From: Setoptus koraiensis
Taxonomy: Eukaryota; Animalia; Arthropoda
Direction: 5' to 3'
DNA length: 64,000 bases
Assembly: GCA_048013815.1 (NCBI GenBank)
Contig: CM106585.1
Coordinates: 3,224,001 to 3,288,000 of the forward strand
Each line of letters begins with the position of its first letter. The first letter of the stretch is position 1. The notes beneath the pieces were generated by a model. The model was not told the origin of the DNA. It searched no databases and was given only the letters and a program-made list of their open reading frames with translations. Below, one piece after another: positions 54,647-64,000 of this stretch. The position numbers and the translations under genes were made by a program.

Positions 54647-57073
54647 ATCCATCACTGACCAACCCTGAGAGTCTTGCTGTTCCAGACTATCATCGTCGAA
54701 CCTACCAGCTTCAAGCTCAAATAGATGTAGAAAACTTGCCTCATCTGCGGAGATGCTCTCATCTATACTCTCTCCCCTCTCAATTCTTTGATCCAACAGT
54801 TCAACGTCGATTTCTTCTACGTATCCTCCGAAAGACTCCTCAAGTCTTCTATAATATCCTTCACTATCGATACTTCGACGTCCTTTGGCGGTTCTTCGCT
54901 GATTCTCATCTGTCTGGGCAAAATAGTACTTGAGTTTGGCCAGGTTTTCAAGAGTGTCTACCTCAAGACGATTGCGCTTGGCACTGTGTGCCCACTTAAG
55001 ATAGGAAAAAAGTCTTTCCACATTTGCGCTGGACGTCTTTATCGACAGGAGGCTGATCGCCAAATTCTTCAACAAGGATTTGGGCTTGAGGTACCACCAT
55101 TCCAGGGATCTCATCTTGTCCGACCTCGAATACTCGTAATGTGTCTGCTTTAAACGATATTTTCTTATCTCATCCGCTATTTTTCTTGCCATATTTTCGT
55201 CGAATTTAAGGTTATTCTTGACGTGATCGAATATCTTCACTTTGCTTCTTCTCATTGATTCGTCACTGAGAAATTGACAGTCGTACTTCGGATCAAGAAA
55301 GTACGTTGCCAGTAACAAATCCACATCAAGCTCATGAAATCGCTTCAGAAATATCTCAAAAGAATATTTACCGAAGTCGCACGACTTGTACTGACGTAGT
55401 TTTTTTGCCGCTCTCAGGTATTGATAAAGAAAGTCAGACAAACTACTACTGTCACTTTCAGCGACTCTAATAAGACTGTTGATCGGGTCTATCAGATGAA
55501 TTAGGTTTGTAACATGTTCCCAAAAAGACCTCTCCTTTGTATATTTTTCAATGCGAGTTCCAACTGCATGTGTCTTTATCGATAATTTGTTATGAGCGAC
55601 GGATTTCAAGAGGGCAAGAGCCGAGTACCATCGAACTTGAACAAAAGTTACCAAATTCGGAATCTTCTGAGCATGAGAAGGCGACGTTTTGAAGAACTTA
55701 ACTATTGATTTCGCTTTATCAAATGTCCTTTTCATGCCTTCGACATCAAATTGGTCTTGAATAATAAGATTGCAGTAGTGCGCCATGCACCTGTAACTTA
55801 TGATGCTTGGATATTCAGCTGCAAGATCATTGCGAGCTTTTTTTATGTTTGCCCCCTGGTCGGTGATTATTGATGATATGTTAGCATGACCAATCTCTTC
55901 AACCGCTAAGATCATCAACCTCTTGATGTAATTGGAGTCATGTCTGGCGCCGCTGTGATCGGTAACGCAGTAGACCATGCTACACCTATTCGGCAAAGCG
56001 AAATTAACAATGCAAGCGAATATGCTCCTCGAGCGAATATCCGACCAGAAATCGAATTCCAAAGACACTGTGTTGAATGAATCAGCTACCAGTTGTTTAA
56101 GATAGCTACCAGCCCTTCTTACATACTTGGGCATCAGTGTTTCCTTCACTCTGTTCCTGCTTGGTGGGAAATCTTTTGTATTCAGGGTCCCGAATATTTT
56201 CTTAAGATCTTCGGAGTCACATTCAAGAGGTAAAGCCTTGAGCACAATGTAACGCATCCACTTCTCCTCCATAGACTCCCGTTGTGAAACAACTCCCGTG
56301 CTACATTCGGGAACATTCATCATCAGGCTTTTTTCACGAACCGTCATTCGAGGGCACCTTTCCATCAAGTGTTGGATAAATCTGTCTTTTTGATAAGATT
56401 GCCAGGTTTGGTTGCATTTCCTGCATTGTGCTGCCAGATGGGCATTATTTCTAGCAGAGTTGAATTTCCTAACATATTTTTTTATGTCAAAGAAGTCTCG
56501 CGTTGGTTGGTTTTCGATGTCGTCGCCAGCATTTTCATTTTCATTTTCATCTCCATCTTCAACTTCATCTTCATCTTCATCTTCATTCTCATCTTCATTC
56601 TCATTTTCATTCTCATTTTCATTTTCATCTTCGTTTTCGTTTTCATCTTCGTTTTCATTCTCGCTGCTACATTCGTTTAGTCGATTGCTAGAGGGTGAAA
56701 CCTGACCAAATGGATACAATACTTGCGAACGACGGGAACCAGACGGTGTGGGTTCGACTATTTGGTCGAGCATAGCATCGTAGCATTCTTGATGGTAAAA
56801 TTTCTTCGGATTGCTTGCTGGACTTCCTACGTAATTTTCTCCTTCAATCAATTGCTTACAATCGTCACACTGTTTAGACATCTTTCTATACGTATCTTCT
56901 TGTTTGCCTCTATCCAACTTGTTATTTATATAAATCATGCGAAGTCTATAGATCGAATACAAAAACATCAATAAGTAGAACATGACTGAATTATGGGCAT
57001 CTAACAAATCGACTCTTATAGTGAAAGACTGTCTAGTACTGATGATGTCATCAAAAATCATGCCTTTAGACAA
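54629..57073 (-). CDS. hAT-family transposase, 814 aa, intact
   Basis: BED-like finger (CRKC...HLMERC), EFDFWSD, ITDQGAN, CMAH, RWYS, SSANVERLFS; acidic EN/ED-repeat linker. Confidence 0.93.
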   Translation of the reverse strand: MSKGMIFDDIISTRQSFTIRVDLLDAHNSVMFYLLMFLYSIYRLRMIYINNKLDRGKQEDTYRKMSKQCDDCKQLIEGENYVGSPASNPKKFYHQECYDAMLDQIVEPTPSGSRRSQVLYPFGQVSPSSNRLNECSSENENEDENENEDENENENENENEDENEDEDEDEVEDGDENENENAGDDIENQPTRDFFDIKKYVRKFNSARNNAHLAAQCRKCNQTWQSYQKDRFIQHLMERCPRMTVREKSLMMNVPECSTGVVSQRESMEEKWMRYIVLKALPLECDSEDLKKIFGTLNTKDFPPSRNRVKETLMPKYVRRAGSYLKQLVADSFNTVSLEFDFWSDIRSRSIFACIVNFALPNRCSMVYCVTDHSGARHDSNYIKRLMILAVEEIGHANISSIITDQGANIKKARNDLAAEYPSIISYRCMAHYCNLIIQDQFDVEGMKRTFDKAKSIVKFFKTSPSHAQKIPNLVTFVQVRWYSALALLKSVAHNKLSIKTHAVGTRIEKYTKERSFWEHVTNLIHLIDPINSLIRVAESDSSSLSDFLYQYLRAAKKLRQYKSCDFGKYSFEIFLKRFHELDVDLLLATYFLDPKYDCQFLSDESMRRSKVKIFDHVKNNLKFDENMARKIADEIRKYRLKQTHYEYSRSDKMRSLEWWYLKPKSLLKNLAISLLSIKTSSANVERLFSYLKWAHSAKRNRLEVDTLENLAKLKYYFAQTDENQRRTAKGRRSIDSEGYYRRLEESFGGYVEEIDVELLDQRIERGESIDESISADEASFLHLFELEAGRFDDDSLEQQDSQGWSVMDLANRC

Positions 57074-57581
57074 TTTTCAACTCGGTGTAGATTTCCATAG
57101 TTGAAAGGAATATTTCATCGACAGTAAGCCTCCTAGCTAATGTATCGCACGTGTCATTTACATGTCAAGACAATGGGCCAACTAGCGACCCAAATTCAGA
57201 TCAAACAAAACAGATTAAGCTTATTCCTACAATGCCTATCACGTCTGATTTTCAGCTTTTGGAAAACTTGCAAAATATCTCCCAAGTTTTGTAGGAGCGT
57301 TGTTCACGTGATGAACACGATCTAGATGTACAATGTTTACCCAACCCGATCACGATCGGTTTTTTTGCTTGAATATTATAATTGTACAAATTTTTTGGAC
57401 ATCAAGACCAAAGTGCCTGACAAATCTAGTCGAAATCAAATAGGTAAATCGCGGATTTGACCTTAACAATAACCTTCTAGAATGCAAAGCAAGGAAGATT
57501 CAATTTTCAGATAACTGTTTTGAAATCCGAGTTGAAAGATTTGAAGGGAAGTTAATATAAATTACAAAGATTGAGCTCATT

Positions 57582-57800
57582 ACAAGTTCAATAATTAAAC
57601 TGACAACAAGTTCAATAATCAAACTGACAACAAGTTCAATAATCAAACTGACAACAAGTTCAATAATCAAACTGACAACAAGTTCAATAATCAAACTGAC
57701 AACAAGTTCAATAATCAAACTGACAACAAGTTCAATAATCAAACTGACAACAAGTTCAATAATCAAACTGACAACAAGTTCAATAATCAAACTGACAACA
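57582..57800. repeat. 24-bp tandem repeat x9
   Basis: TGACAACAAGTTCAATAATCAAAC at 24-bp period, ending about 17 nt before the env ATG. Confidence 0.95.
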
Positions 57801-57816
57801 AATTCATTTGGAAGAA

Positions 57817-59418
57817 ATGGCTAGAATTTTGCCTATGCTACTATTGGTAATCTTCATGTTTGGAGACACCGGGAGCGTCCTTGATCAAGCAGAGGAATTT
57901 GAACGAGTTTCGTCAATCCGTTGGATCAGTCAGGAAAAATTTGCACTACACAGCGTGGACACTTGGATTAATTCTATCCACTACAGAAACCCTTGTGGTT
58001 CCGTCAACTTCAGCTCAGCCGCTAAGGATTCGTATTTATCGATTTGCAACGAAATGTTCGATCGTAATCTAGTCAATTGCCTGCGATTCTGCACTCCAAC
58101 CATCCAACGAGACACCATTCTGAATATCCGATACACAAGAGACATACGTCATACGTTCTCAGATGTCCTCGAGTACATAAGCGACTTCTTCCCCGGACTG
58201 GTATCTAAACCAATTTTTAAGGTTGCCGACATTCTCATCGATGGGATCTCTAAATTTTGGGCGAGCTCTGCGTCACGCCCTTTAGCATCATTAGAGGAAG
58301 CCGAATCAGAATCACAACGGCAAGGTATGCTTCTTAGAGCTGAATCTTCTCTGGTTGGTACATCTAAAGCAAATCTAAAACTAAATGTGATTGACGACTC
58401 ATACTCTTTCTGGGATATATTCTCGAGCTCGAGAATGCAGCAATTGCTCGAAATGCAGACGGTGAAAGCCGTCAATCTTTCAAGTACAGTATTGAGTTTG
58501 CACGAAATCAAAGAGGCCCTCGACGACATACGACAAAATTGGCAGAGAGGAAAGCTCAGTCCGAAATTTTACGACCTCGTTGGACGAGAAAGGGTTTGTG
58601 GATCGAGTCAATGTGACTCAGCTCGCCCAATAAGCTGTACACTCGACGAGCGTAACCAGAAGGCTACATTTTATTATGTTGCGCCATTGTTTTCGAATGA
58701 AATTCAATTGTTCAAGGCCCACTCCTTTAAATTTTTTACCAAGATAGGACAGAAATATTGCATGAAAAAATACATTGGACCCAGTTATGTATATTTTGAT
58801 ACTGCGAAGGGTTGTATTTTTCCAGCTAACGAATTGGACTCAGTGAAGGATTCGTTCCCGATAGGGAAGTGCTCGAGAGGGTTTACTAAACACAGTGGAT
58901 ACTCTTGGGAGCTGGGGAATTGCAGAAAAACAGCAGAGAAAGCTCTTGAATTGGCAAAGCCATCCGTATTGTACGAGAATGATGAAACGATAGTATGGTG
59001 CTACCTCAGAAAGATCAAGATCGAAGGGTCTCTTTATGATTGCCCAGACTATGTTTTTCGATTGCAAAAGGATATAGAATTTCTTATTGATGGTGTGGGA
59101 TATAGGAATTTACTGCCACGCTCATTCTTATCCAACAATCCAATCGAATCAGTTTTATCACCGAACGATGATATAGATACAGAAGATATCGATAGTGACT
59201 TCACTATGACGGATCTTTATCTAGCTTTGGGTTTGATTGCATTATTTTTAATATTGTCGATAGGTGGAGCCTACATCAGGTATTATATCAAGACTAGAAA
59301 CAAACGCGATCAAGCTAGGATGCGCGAGTCTCTAGATGAAGAGGTTCAAGTGAGTGTTTTAGAAAATCTCACCCGGATGAGACACAGCCGAGACCACCGC
59401 GTCGAAACAGACGTTTGA
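57817..59418 (+). CDS. Env-like type I membrane glycoprotein (533 aa from ATG 57817), homologous to the retrotransposon env domains in this window
   Basis: Signal MARILPMLLLVIFMFG, RYTR furin-like site, Cys pattern and blocks (TW...RNPC; WQRGK; YCMKKYIGPSY; IKIEGSLYDCPDYVFRL) aligning with element B env (TW...RSPC; WRSGM; PCLQEYVGDSY; ITVEGKLRQCPPYVFKL); TM LYLALGLIALFLILSIGGAYI. Confidence 0.9.
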   Translation: MARILPMLLLVIFMFGDTGSVLDQAEEFERVSSIRWISQEKFALHSVDTWINSIHYRNPCGSVNFSSAAKDSYLSICNEMFDRNLVNCLRFCTPTIQRDTILNIRYTRDIRHTFSDVLEYISDFFPGLVSKPIFKVADILIDGISKFWASSASRPLASLEEAESESQRQGMLLRAESSLVGTSKANLKLNVIDDSYSFWDIFSSSRMQQLLEMQTVKAVNLSSTVLSLHEIKEALDDIRQNWQRGKLSPKFYDLVGRERVCGSSQCDSARPISCTLDERNQKATFYYVAPLFSNEIQLFKAHSFKFFTKIGQKYCMKKYIGPSYVYFDTAKGCIFPANELDSVKDSFPIGKCSRGFTKHSGYSWELGNCRKTAEKALELAKPSVLYENDETIVWCYLRKIKIEGSLYDCPDYVFRLQKDIEFLIDGVGYRNLLPRSFLSNNPIESVLSPNDDIDTEDIDSDFTMTDLYLALGLIALFLILSIGGAYIRYYIKTRNKRDQARMRESLDEEVQVSVLENLTRMRHSRDHRVETDV

Positions 59419-59430
59419 TATTTTGAGATA

Positions 59431-59871
59431 TAGCTAATCGATGCTGAATAGCCATGGATGAGATAGCAGGAGTGTTGTTCGTACAACCACATTTGATTTA
59501 GCATGATATTTTTCTTAAATCTTTCTTTTCTTTTGATATGATTTTAATATCATTCTAATATCATTCTAATATCTATCTAATTTCAATGAATTAATAAACA
59601 TATGCTTATTTTCTTGAGTAGAATAGTGAATATTTGTTTATTTTTCATTTTTTTTTTTGTATTTCTGATTTTCTGTTGGTCCATTTGGGAGATTTGGGAG
59701 AAATTCGGGAGGTTTGGGAGGAATTTGGGAGATTCGGGAGAAAATTGGGACATTCGGGAGACTCGGGAGATCCGCGGGCGCGGGAGAGCCCGGGAGGCTC
59801 CCATGGGTGAATCTCCCGGGGAGCGGGAGATGTTCTCCCATGGGCGGGAGATCGATCTCCCCCCATCACTA
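59431..59871. repeat. Right long TIR of the hAT element
   Basis: Inverted copy of 54197-54646. Confidence 0.9.
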
Positions 59872-60120
59872 CAAGAGCGAATCATTTCAACTTACCACGC
59901 GTTAGCACAAAGTTGAGAAAATCGTCTCAAGTCTATCAGGATGCCGGATGTAGATTAAAGTCATCGATATAAAGGCAACAAAAGAGAGCTGCAAGCTAGA
60001 CCAACTGTCTTTGAATTTTTATTCACGAAATAACTATCACTAATGATCTCTCACACACATACTATGTCATTTGTAGCGAAGTGGCTAATATCAATTTATC
60101 GCTACGGTTCCATTGAAGAT

Positions 60121-63100
60121 TCATGGTGCAACAGAAGCAGCTTTTGCTGCCAACTGCTTTGCCTCGTCAACAGAACCTAATTTACCACCACTATCTTTAT
60201 CCTGTTTGGGTATAAGTTTAGCCACGTTTGGAGGGACAAATCCTTTACCTTTGATAGCTTCTTTGATCAACGGGTTCGAGGTCAGGTTGGTCGCAGCGAG
60301 TTGTTGATGTTGTCCTTCAGAGGACTTTGAGTTCCTACTAGAACTGGTAGTTGCACTCTCTGATTTCTTTTTATCATTTTTGTCACTCTTTTTATCGTCA
60401 TCTTTTGACTTCTCATCGTCATCAGAATCAACCTTTTTTGTCTTCTCATCTGCGTCGATCTTGTCGCTTTTGGAGTCCTCTTCAGTGTGGCGTTTATTTT
60501 TGATATGTGAATCATCAGATTTGGCCGAATTATCAGAGGAGCCTTTAGAGTATTTGTCTGACGGCTTCTCTGTCGATTCTGTTATTGTGCTAGCAGTTTC
60601 TTTCTCACTATTTGAGGGCTTCGCTGTGCTAGGGTTTGTTTCTTTCGTTGTTTCTATGACCGAACTACGACTACCACCACTCTCGTTAAGCCGAGACTCA
60701 TCATGTTTGTGCTTTCTCTTGCCGAATGACAGTCGTATGGGCCTATCATCGTCTTTGTCAAGTGGCTCGCCGTCATCGCCTTCATCGCTGGCAAACACAT
60801 TAAGAAGATCGTTGAATGCTTCACCGATATACCCAAACAGATCATTGTCTTTGTGATGCTTCTTTCTTTTCTTTTTCTTGTGTTTCCTACCAGGCTTCTC
60901 TTCTCTATCCTCCTCGTCTAGTGAACTTCTACTACCCGATTTAAGTGATACAGAAGCGTCAGCCGACCCGCCAGCCGATGCGCTAGCATTCACTTTCACT
61001 TGCGACGACTTATCAGACTTGTCCTTCTCATAACTGCTTAGCTTATTCTTTGTAGTCTGTGATCCCTCCGATGAAGATCGCAATTTTTCACGTAGTTGAG
61101 CCACAAGTCGTTTCAATTCTCTGAGTTTTTTAGTAAGCTGGGCTTTAGTTGAATGACGAATGTCGTCATCATCATCGTCAGTATCACTGTATTCCTCATC
61201 GTTCTTCTCATCCTTGTTCTTGAACATATTTTCAACAGGTTTTGCCAAAGCATCGACTGGCTTCATAGCGACGTCGTGAATTTTATCTAGAGTATTTATG
61301 ACTGGATTTTTCTTATCCTTTTCGAGACCCATAATTTTATCTATTGGTTTCATAGCAAACTCTAATGGAGCTTGAGCGATCTTGTGCAGAGTATCGAATC
61401 CTTTGACAGTCACACTTTTGTCGTCTTTTTCCTCTTGATGCTCTTTCTTGTCAGCCTTTCTCTCTCCATCCTCATTATCCCTTCCTTTGAACATTGACTC
61501 TATCGGCCTAGCTACGGTATTGATTGCAGACTTTGTCATGTTGTGTATGGCATCGCCTGTCGACAAAATAGGATTCCTCTTGCCATCTTTATCAAGACCT
61601 AGTAGGTGATCAGTGGAATTGACCAACATCTCTACAGGTTTCTGACCTATTTCGTGCGCTTTATCTAGCACCTTACCGGTGAATGTTTCATCGTCTTTCT
61701 TATCACCATCAGCACCTTCTTTAGGCCTCTTTTCGTCTCTATCTTTCTTAGTTCTGCTGTCACTTTTCAGATCATTATTCTTCTCAGTTATGTCCGAATG
61801 TGCTGAAGCGCTTACTTTTACAGTGCTGGCACCATTAGATTGGTCAGACTTTTTTTTTTCGTCCTCATTATCCCTTCCTTTGAACATTGACTCTATCGGC
61901 CTAGCTACGGTATTGATTGCAGACTTTGTCATGTTGTGTATGGCATCGCCTGTCGACAAAATAGGATTCTTCCTGCCTTCTTTATCTAGACCGAATAGGT
62001 GATCAGTGGAATTGACCAACATCTCTACAGGTTTCTGACCTAATTCGTGCGCTTTATCTAGCACCTTACCGGTGAATGTTTCATCTTCTTTGGAGCGCTT
62101 CTCATCCTCCCTAGATCGCGACTTGTTTTCTCTCAGTTTCTCGTCCTCTCGCAACATTTTATCACCGTCCCCTTTATCGTCGTTTCCTTTGAACATTGAC
62201 TCTATCGGCCTAGCTACGGTATTGATTGCAGACTTTGTCATGTTGTGTATGGCATCGCCTGTCGATAAAATAGGATTCCTCTTGCCATCTTTATCAAGAC
62301 CTAGTAGGTGATCAGTGGAATTGACCAACATCTCTACAGGCTTTTGGCCCACTTCGTGCATTTTATCCAAAACTTTACCAGTGAATGTTTCATCATCTCT
62401 CTTCTCACTCTCAGCGCCTCCTTTTGGCCTCTTTTCGTCTTCTTCTTTCTTACTTCTGCTGTCACTTTTTAGATCATTATTCTTCACAGTTCTATCCGAA
62501 TTTGCGGATACGCTCGAACCCGAACCACTTGAACCAGTAGAGTAAGAATGTGCTGAAGCGCTAGAACCTGAATTGCCTGAGCCAGTAGAGTAAGAATGTG
62601 CTGAAGCGCTTGAACCCGAACCGCCTGAACCTGAACCGCTTGAACCCGAACCGCCTGAACCAGTAGAGTAAGAATGTGCTGAAGCGCTTGAACCTGAACC
62701 GCCTGAACCGGTAGCGCTAGATTGTGCTGAAGCGCTTGATTTTATAGTGCTGGCACCACTAAAGTGGTCGGATTTTCTATCTTCACTTCTTTCATCTTTC
62801 TTCGCCTCCTCTTTCTTCTTATATCCATCTTCTTTAGAAGATTCTTTCTGATGATCATGCGAATCTGAATCAAATCTCATTGTACTGTTTGCTAGATCTT
62901 CGATTGGTTTTGCAATCATGTCTATTGGGGCCTTAATTGTCTCATGTATTGCATCGGCAGTCTTCAGTATTGGATCGTTCTTCTTATCGCTATTAAACAA
63001 CTTATGCCCGGGTTCTAATATTTTTTCCAAAGGAACCTTGCCAATGTCATGTATTTTATCGAACACTCTGGCCGTTTGAGATTCATTGTTTCGCCTTTCA

Positions 63101-63999
63101 ATGGCATCGCCTTTGATAAGTGATTCCAATGGCCTCGCCATAGAGTCTATGGGCTTTTTGGCCATATCGTGCAACTTTTGCTCGGTGGTTACAAGGGAAT
63201 GATTGGTATCTTTTTTATCGAGTCCAACCAAATGATCGACGCGCTCCAGCATTGCGTCTCTTGGCCTCTTGACATAGTCATGATACTCGTCGAACAATTT
63301 TGCAGTTTCTGTTTCGTTTTGCGTCTTTTCATGACCAATCTTCTTTTCTTGTTCATGTCCTTTTGGGAGCATCTCTTTAGTCTCTTTCAGTTTGTCCATC
63401 ATCTCTTCCTTCTTTTCATCAAATTTGTCATATTTTTGATGTTTATAACTGGTCTTGGAATCTGATTGACTTTCAATCTTCGCTGAAGCCACAGCCACAG
63501 TTGATCTGCTAGATGGCTCCTGAGTGGTCTTCGAAGAAGTGTCACTACTAGTGTCAATATTGCTCTTCATAGAGTTTTTTTCGGGATGCTGAGTAGTTGT
63601 AGACTCATCGCCCCGACTTGGCTGTCGAGTTGTACCAGTAGTAGCTTTATCAATAAATCTGCCTATCGGTTCAGTTATATTGCGCAATGCAGAAGACCTT
63701 GAATCAGACTCGCGAATTTCCCTTCTTGAACGGACGTTCGCCACCTGTAATGCGCTATTGGAGGTGATTGATCGCTTCCTTCTATCTTTGTGCAGTAATT
63801 TCTGCAATGGATCAGTCAATAGAGACAGAGGATTGTTGCCGTTGTCTTTCGAATGACTATTATCTTGTTTGTCTTTATTTTTGCTGATTTTCTCGATCGT
63901 GATGATAAGCTCTTGCTTCTTCTTTGTTCCTTTCTCCTCAGTCAAGCCCAATGGGCCGTCTTTATTGACCATCACGACGGGTTTTGGTCCAGGATTCAA
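60121..63999 (-). CDS. Large intronless, highly charged repetitive protein of unknown function (5' end outside window)
   Basis: More than 1290 open codons; three near-identical about 70-aa repeats (DETFTGKVLDK...NPILSTGDAIHNMTKSAINTVARPIESMFKG) plus degenerate copies, SASAHSYSTGSG repeats, poly-K and poly-D tracts. Confidence 0.85.
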   Translation of the reverse strand: MNPGPKPVVMVNKDGPLGLTEEKGTKKKQELIITIEKISKNKDKQDNSHSKDNGNNPLSLLTDPLQKLLHKDRRKRSITSNSALQVANVRSRREIRESDSRSSALRNITEPIGRFIDKATTGTTRQPSRGDESTTTQHPEKNSMKSNIDTSSDTSSKTTQEPSSRSTVAVASAKIESQSDSKTSYKHQKYDKFDEKKEEMMDKLKETKEMLPKGHEQEKKIGHEKTQNETETAKLFDEYHDYVKRPRDAMLERVDHLVGLDKKDTNHSLVTTEQKLHDMAKKPIDSMARPLESLIKGDAIERRNNESQTARVFDKIHDIGKVPLEKILEPGHKLFNSDKKNDPILKTADAIHETIKAPIDMIAKPIEDLANSTMRFDSDSHDHQKESSKEDGYKKKEEAKKDERSEDRKSDHFSGASTIKSSASAQSSATGSGGSGSSASAHSYSTGSGGSGSSGSGSGGSGSSASAHSYSTGSGNSGSSASAHSYSTGSSGSGSSVSANSDRTVKNNDLKSDSRSKKEEDEKRPKGGAESEKRDDETFTGKVLDKMHEVGQKPVEMLVNSTDHLLGLDKDGKRNPILSTGDAIHNMTKSAINTVARPIESMFKGNDDKGDGDKMLREDEKLRENKSRSREDEKRSKEDETFTGKVLDKAHELGQKPVEMLVNSTDHLFGLDKEGRKNPILSTGDAIHNMTKSAINTVARPIESMFKGRDNEDEKKKSDQSNGASTVKVSASAHSDITEKNNDLKSDSRTKKDRDEKRPKEGADGDKKDDETFTGKVLDKAHEIGQKPVEMLVNSTDHLLGLDKDGKRNPILSTGDAIHNMTKSAINTVARPIESMFKGRDNEDGERKADKKEHQEEKDDKSVTVKGFDTLHKIAQAPLEFAMKPIDKIMGLEKDKKNPVINTLDKIHDVAMKPVDALAKPVENMFKNKDEKNDEEYSDTDDDDDDIRHSTKAQLTKKLRELKRLVAQLREKLRSSSEGSQTTKNKLSSYEKDKSDKSSQVKVNASASAGGSADASVSLKSGSRSSLDEEDREEKPGRKHKKKKRKKHHKDNDLFGYIGEAFNDLLNVFASDEGDDGEPLDKDDDRPIRLSFGKRKHKHDESRLNESGGSRSSVIETTKETNPSTAKPSNSEKETASTITESTEKPSDKYSKGSSDNSAKSDDSHIKNKRHTEEDSKSDKIDADEKTKKVDSDDDEKSKDDDKKSDKNDKKKSESATTSSSRNSKSSEGQHQQLAATNLTSNPLIKEAIKGKGFVPPNVAKLIPKQDKDSGGKLGSVDEAKQLAAKAASVAP

Positions 64000-64000
64000 C

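Larger units (their letters stand above)
54197..59871. mobile_element. Complete hAT DNA transposon carrying an env-like cargo gene
   Basis: TAGTGATGGG...CCCATCACTA termini, 8-bp TSD CAAGAGCG (54189-54196, 59872-59879), about 450-bp imperfect TIRs, intact transposase and intact second ORF in divergent orientation. Confidence 0.95.

Noticed and set aside
57500-57790. (IIELVVSL)n membrane peptide ORF
   Set aside because: Translation of the 24-bp tandem repeat on the antisense strand.
54031-59909. hAT inserted inside the gypsy F LTR
   Set aside because: The LTR closes at TACAACA (54178), the inverse of its TGTTGTA start; the hAT lies 18 bp downstream.

Overview
Eukaryotic (animal, probably arthropod; a mite is plausible but this is inference) transposon-dense region with two 500-N gaps (10303-10802, 30456-30955). 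It holds at least six Ty3/gypsy elements or fragments, two Ty1/copia fragments, a Merlin DDE transposase not in the ORF track (1-804, minus, runs off the window) with about nine related MITEs or ends (six with perfect 8-bp TSDs), a Spy-like long-TIR element inserted at AAA|TTT without TSD, several Helentron-type (HINE-like) elements, hAT/mariner/ISL2EU-like fragments, an 18S rRNA fragment, the 3' part of a GH20 beta-hexosaminidase and a long intronless repetitive host protein. Main result: one family of env-like (class I fusogen-like) membrane glycoproteins occurs in three unrelated element classes. It is fused to gypsy pol in four elements, fused in frame to a copia RNase H, and present as an intact stand-alone gene inside a complete hAT DNA transposon (54197-59871, TSD CAAGAGCG, about 450-bp TIRs). 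Also notable: two exact stop-CARYYA readthrough contexts, and an about 155-bp highly structured core conserved in six otherwise divergent Merlin MITEs. Several junctions look like microhomology or inversion chimeras, so assembly artefacts are possible. All alignments and folds were done by eye.
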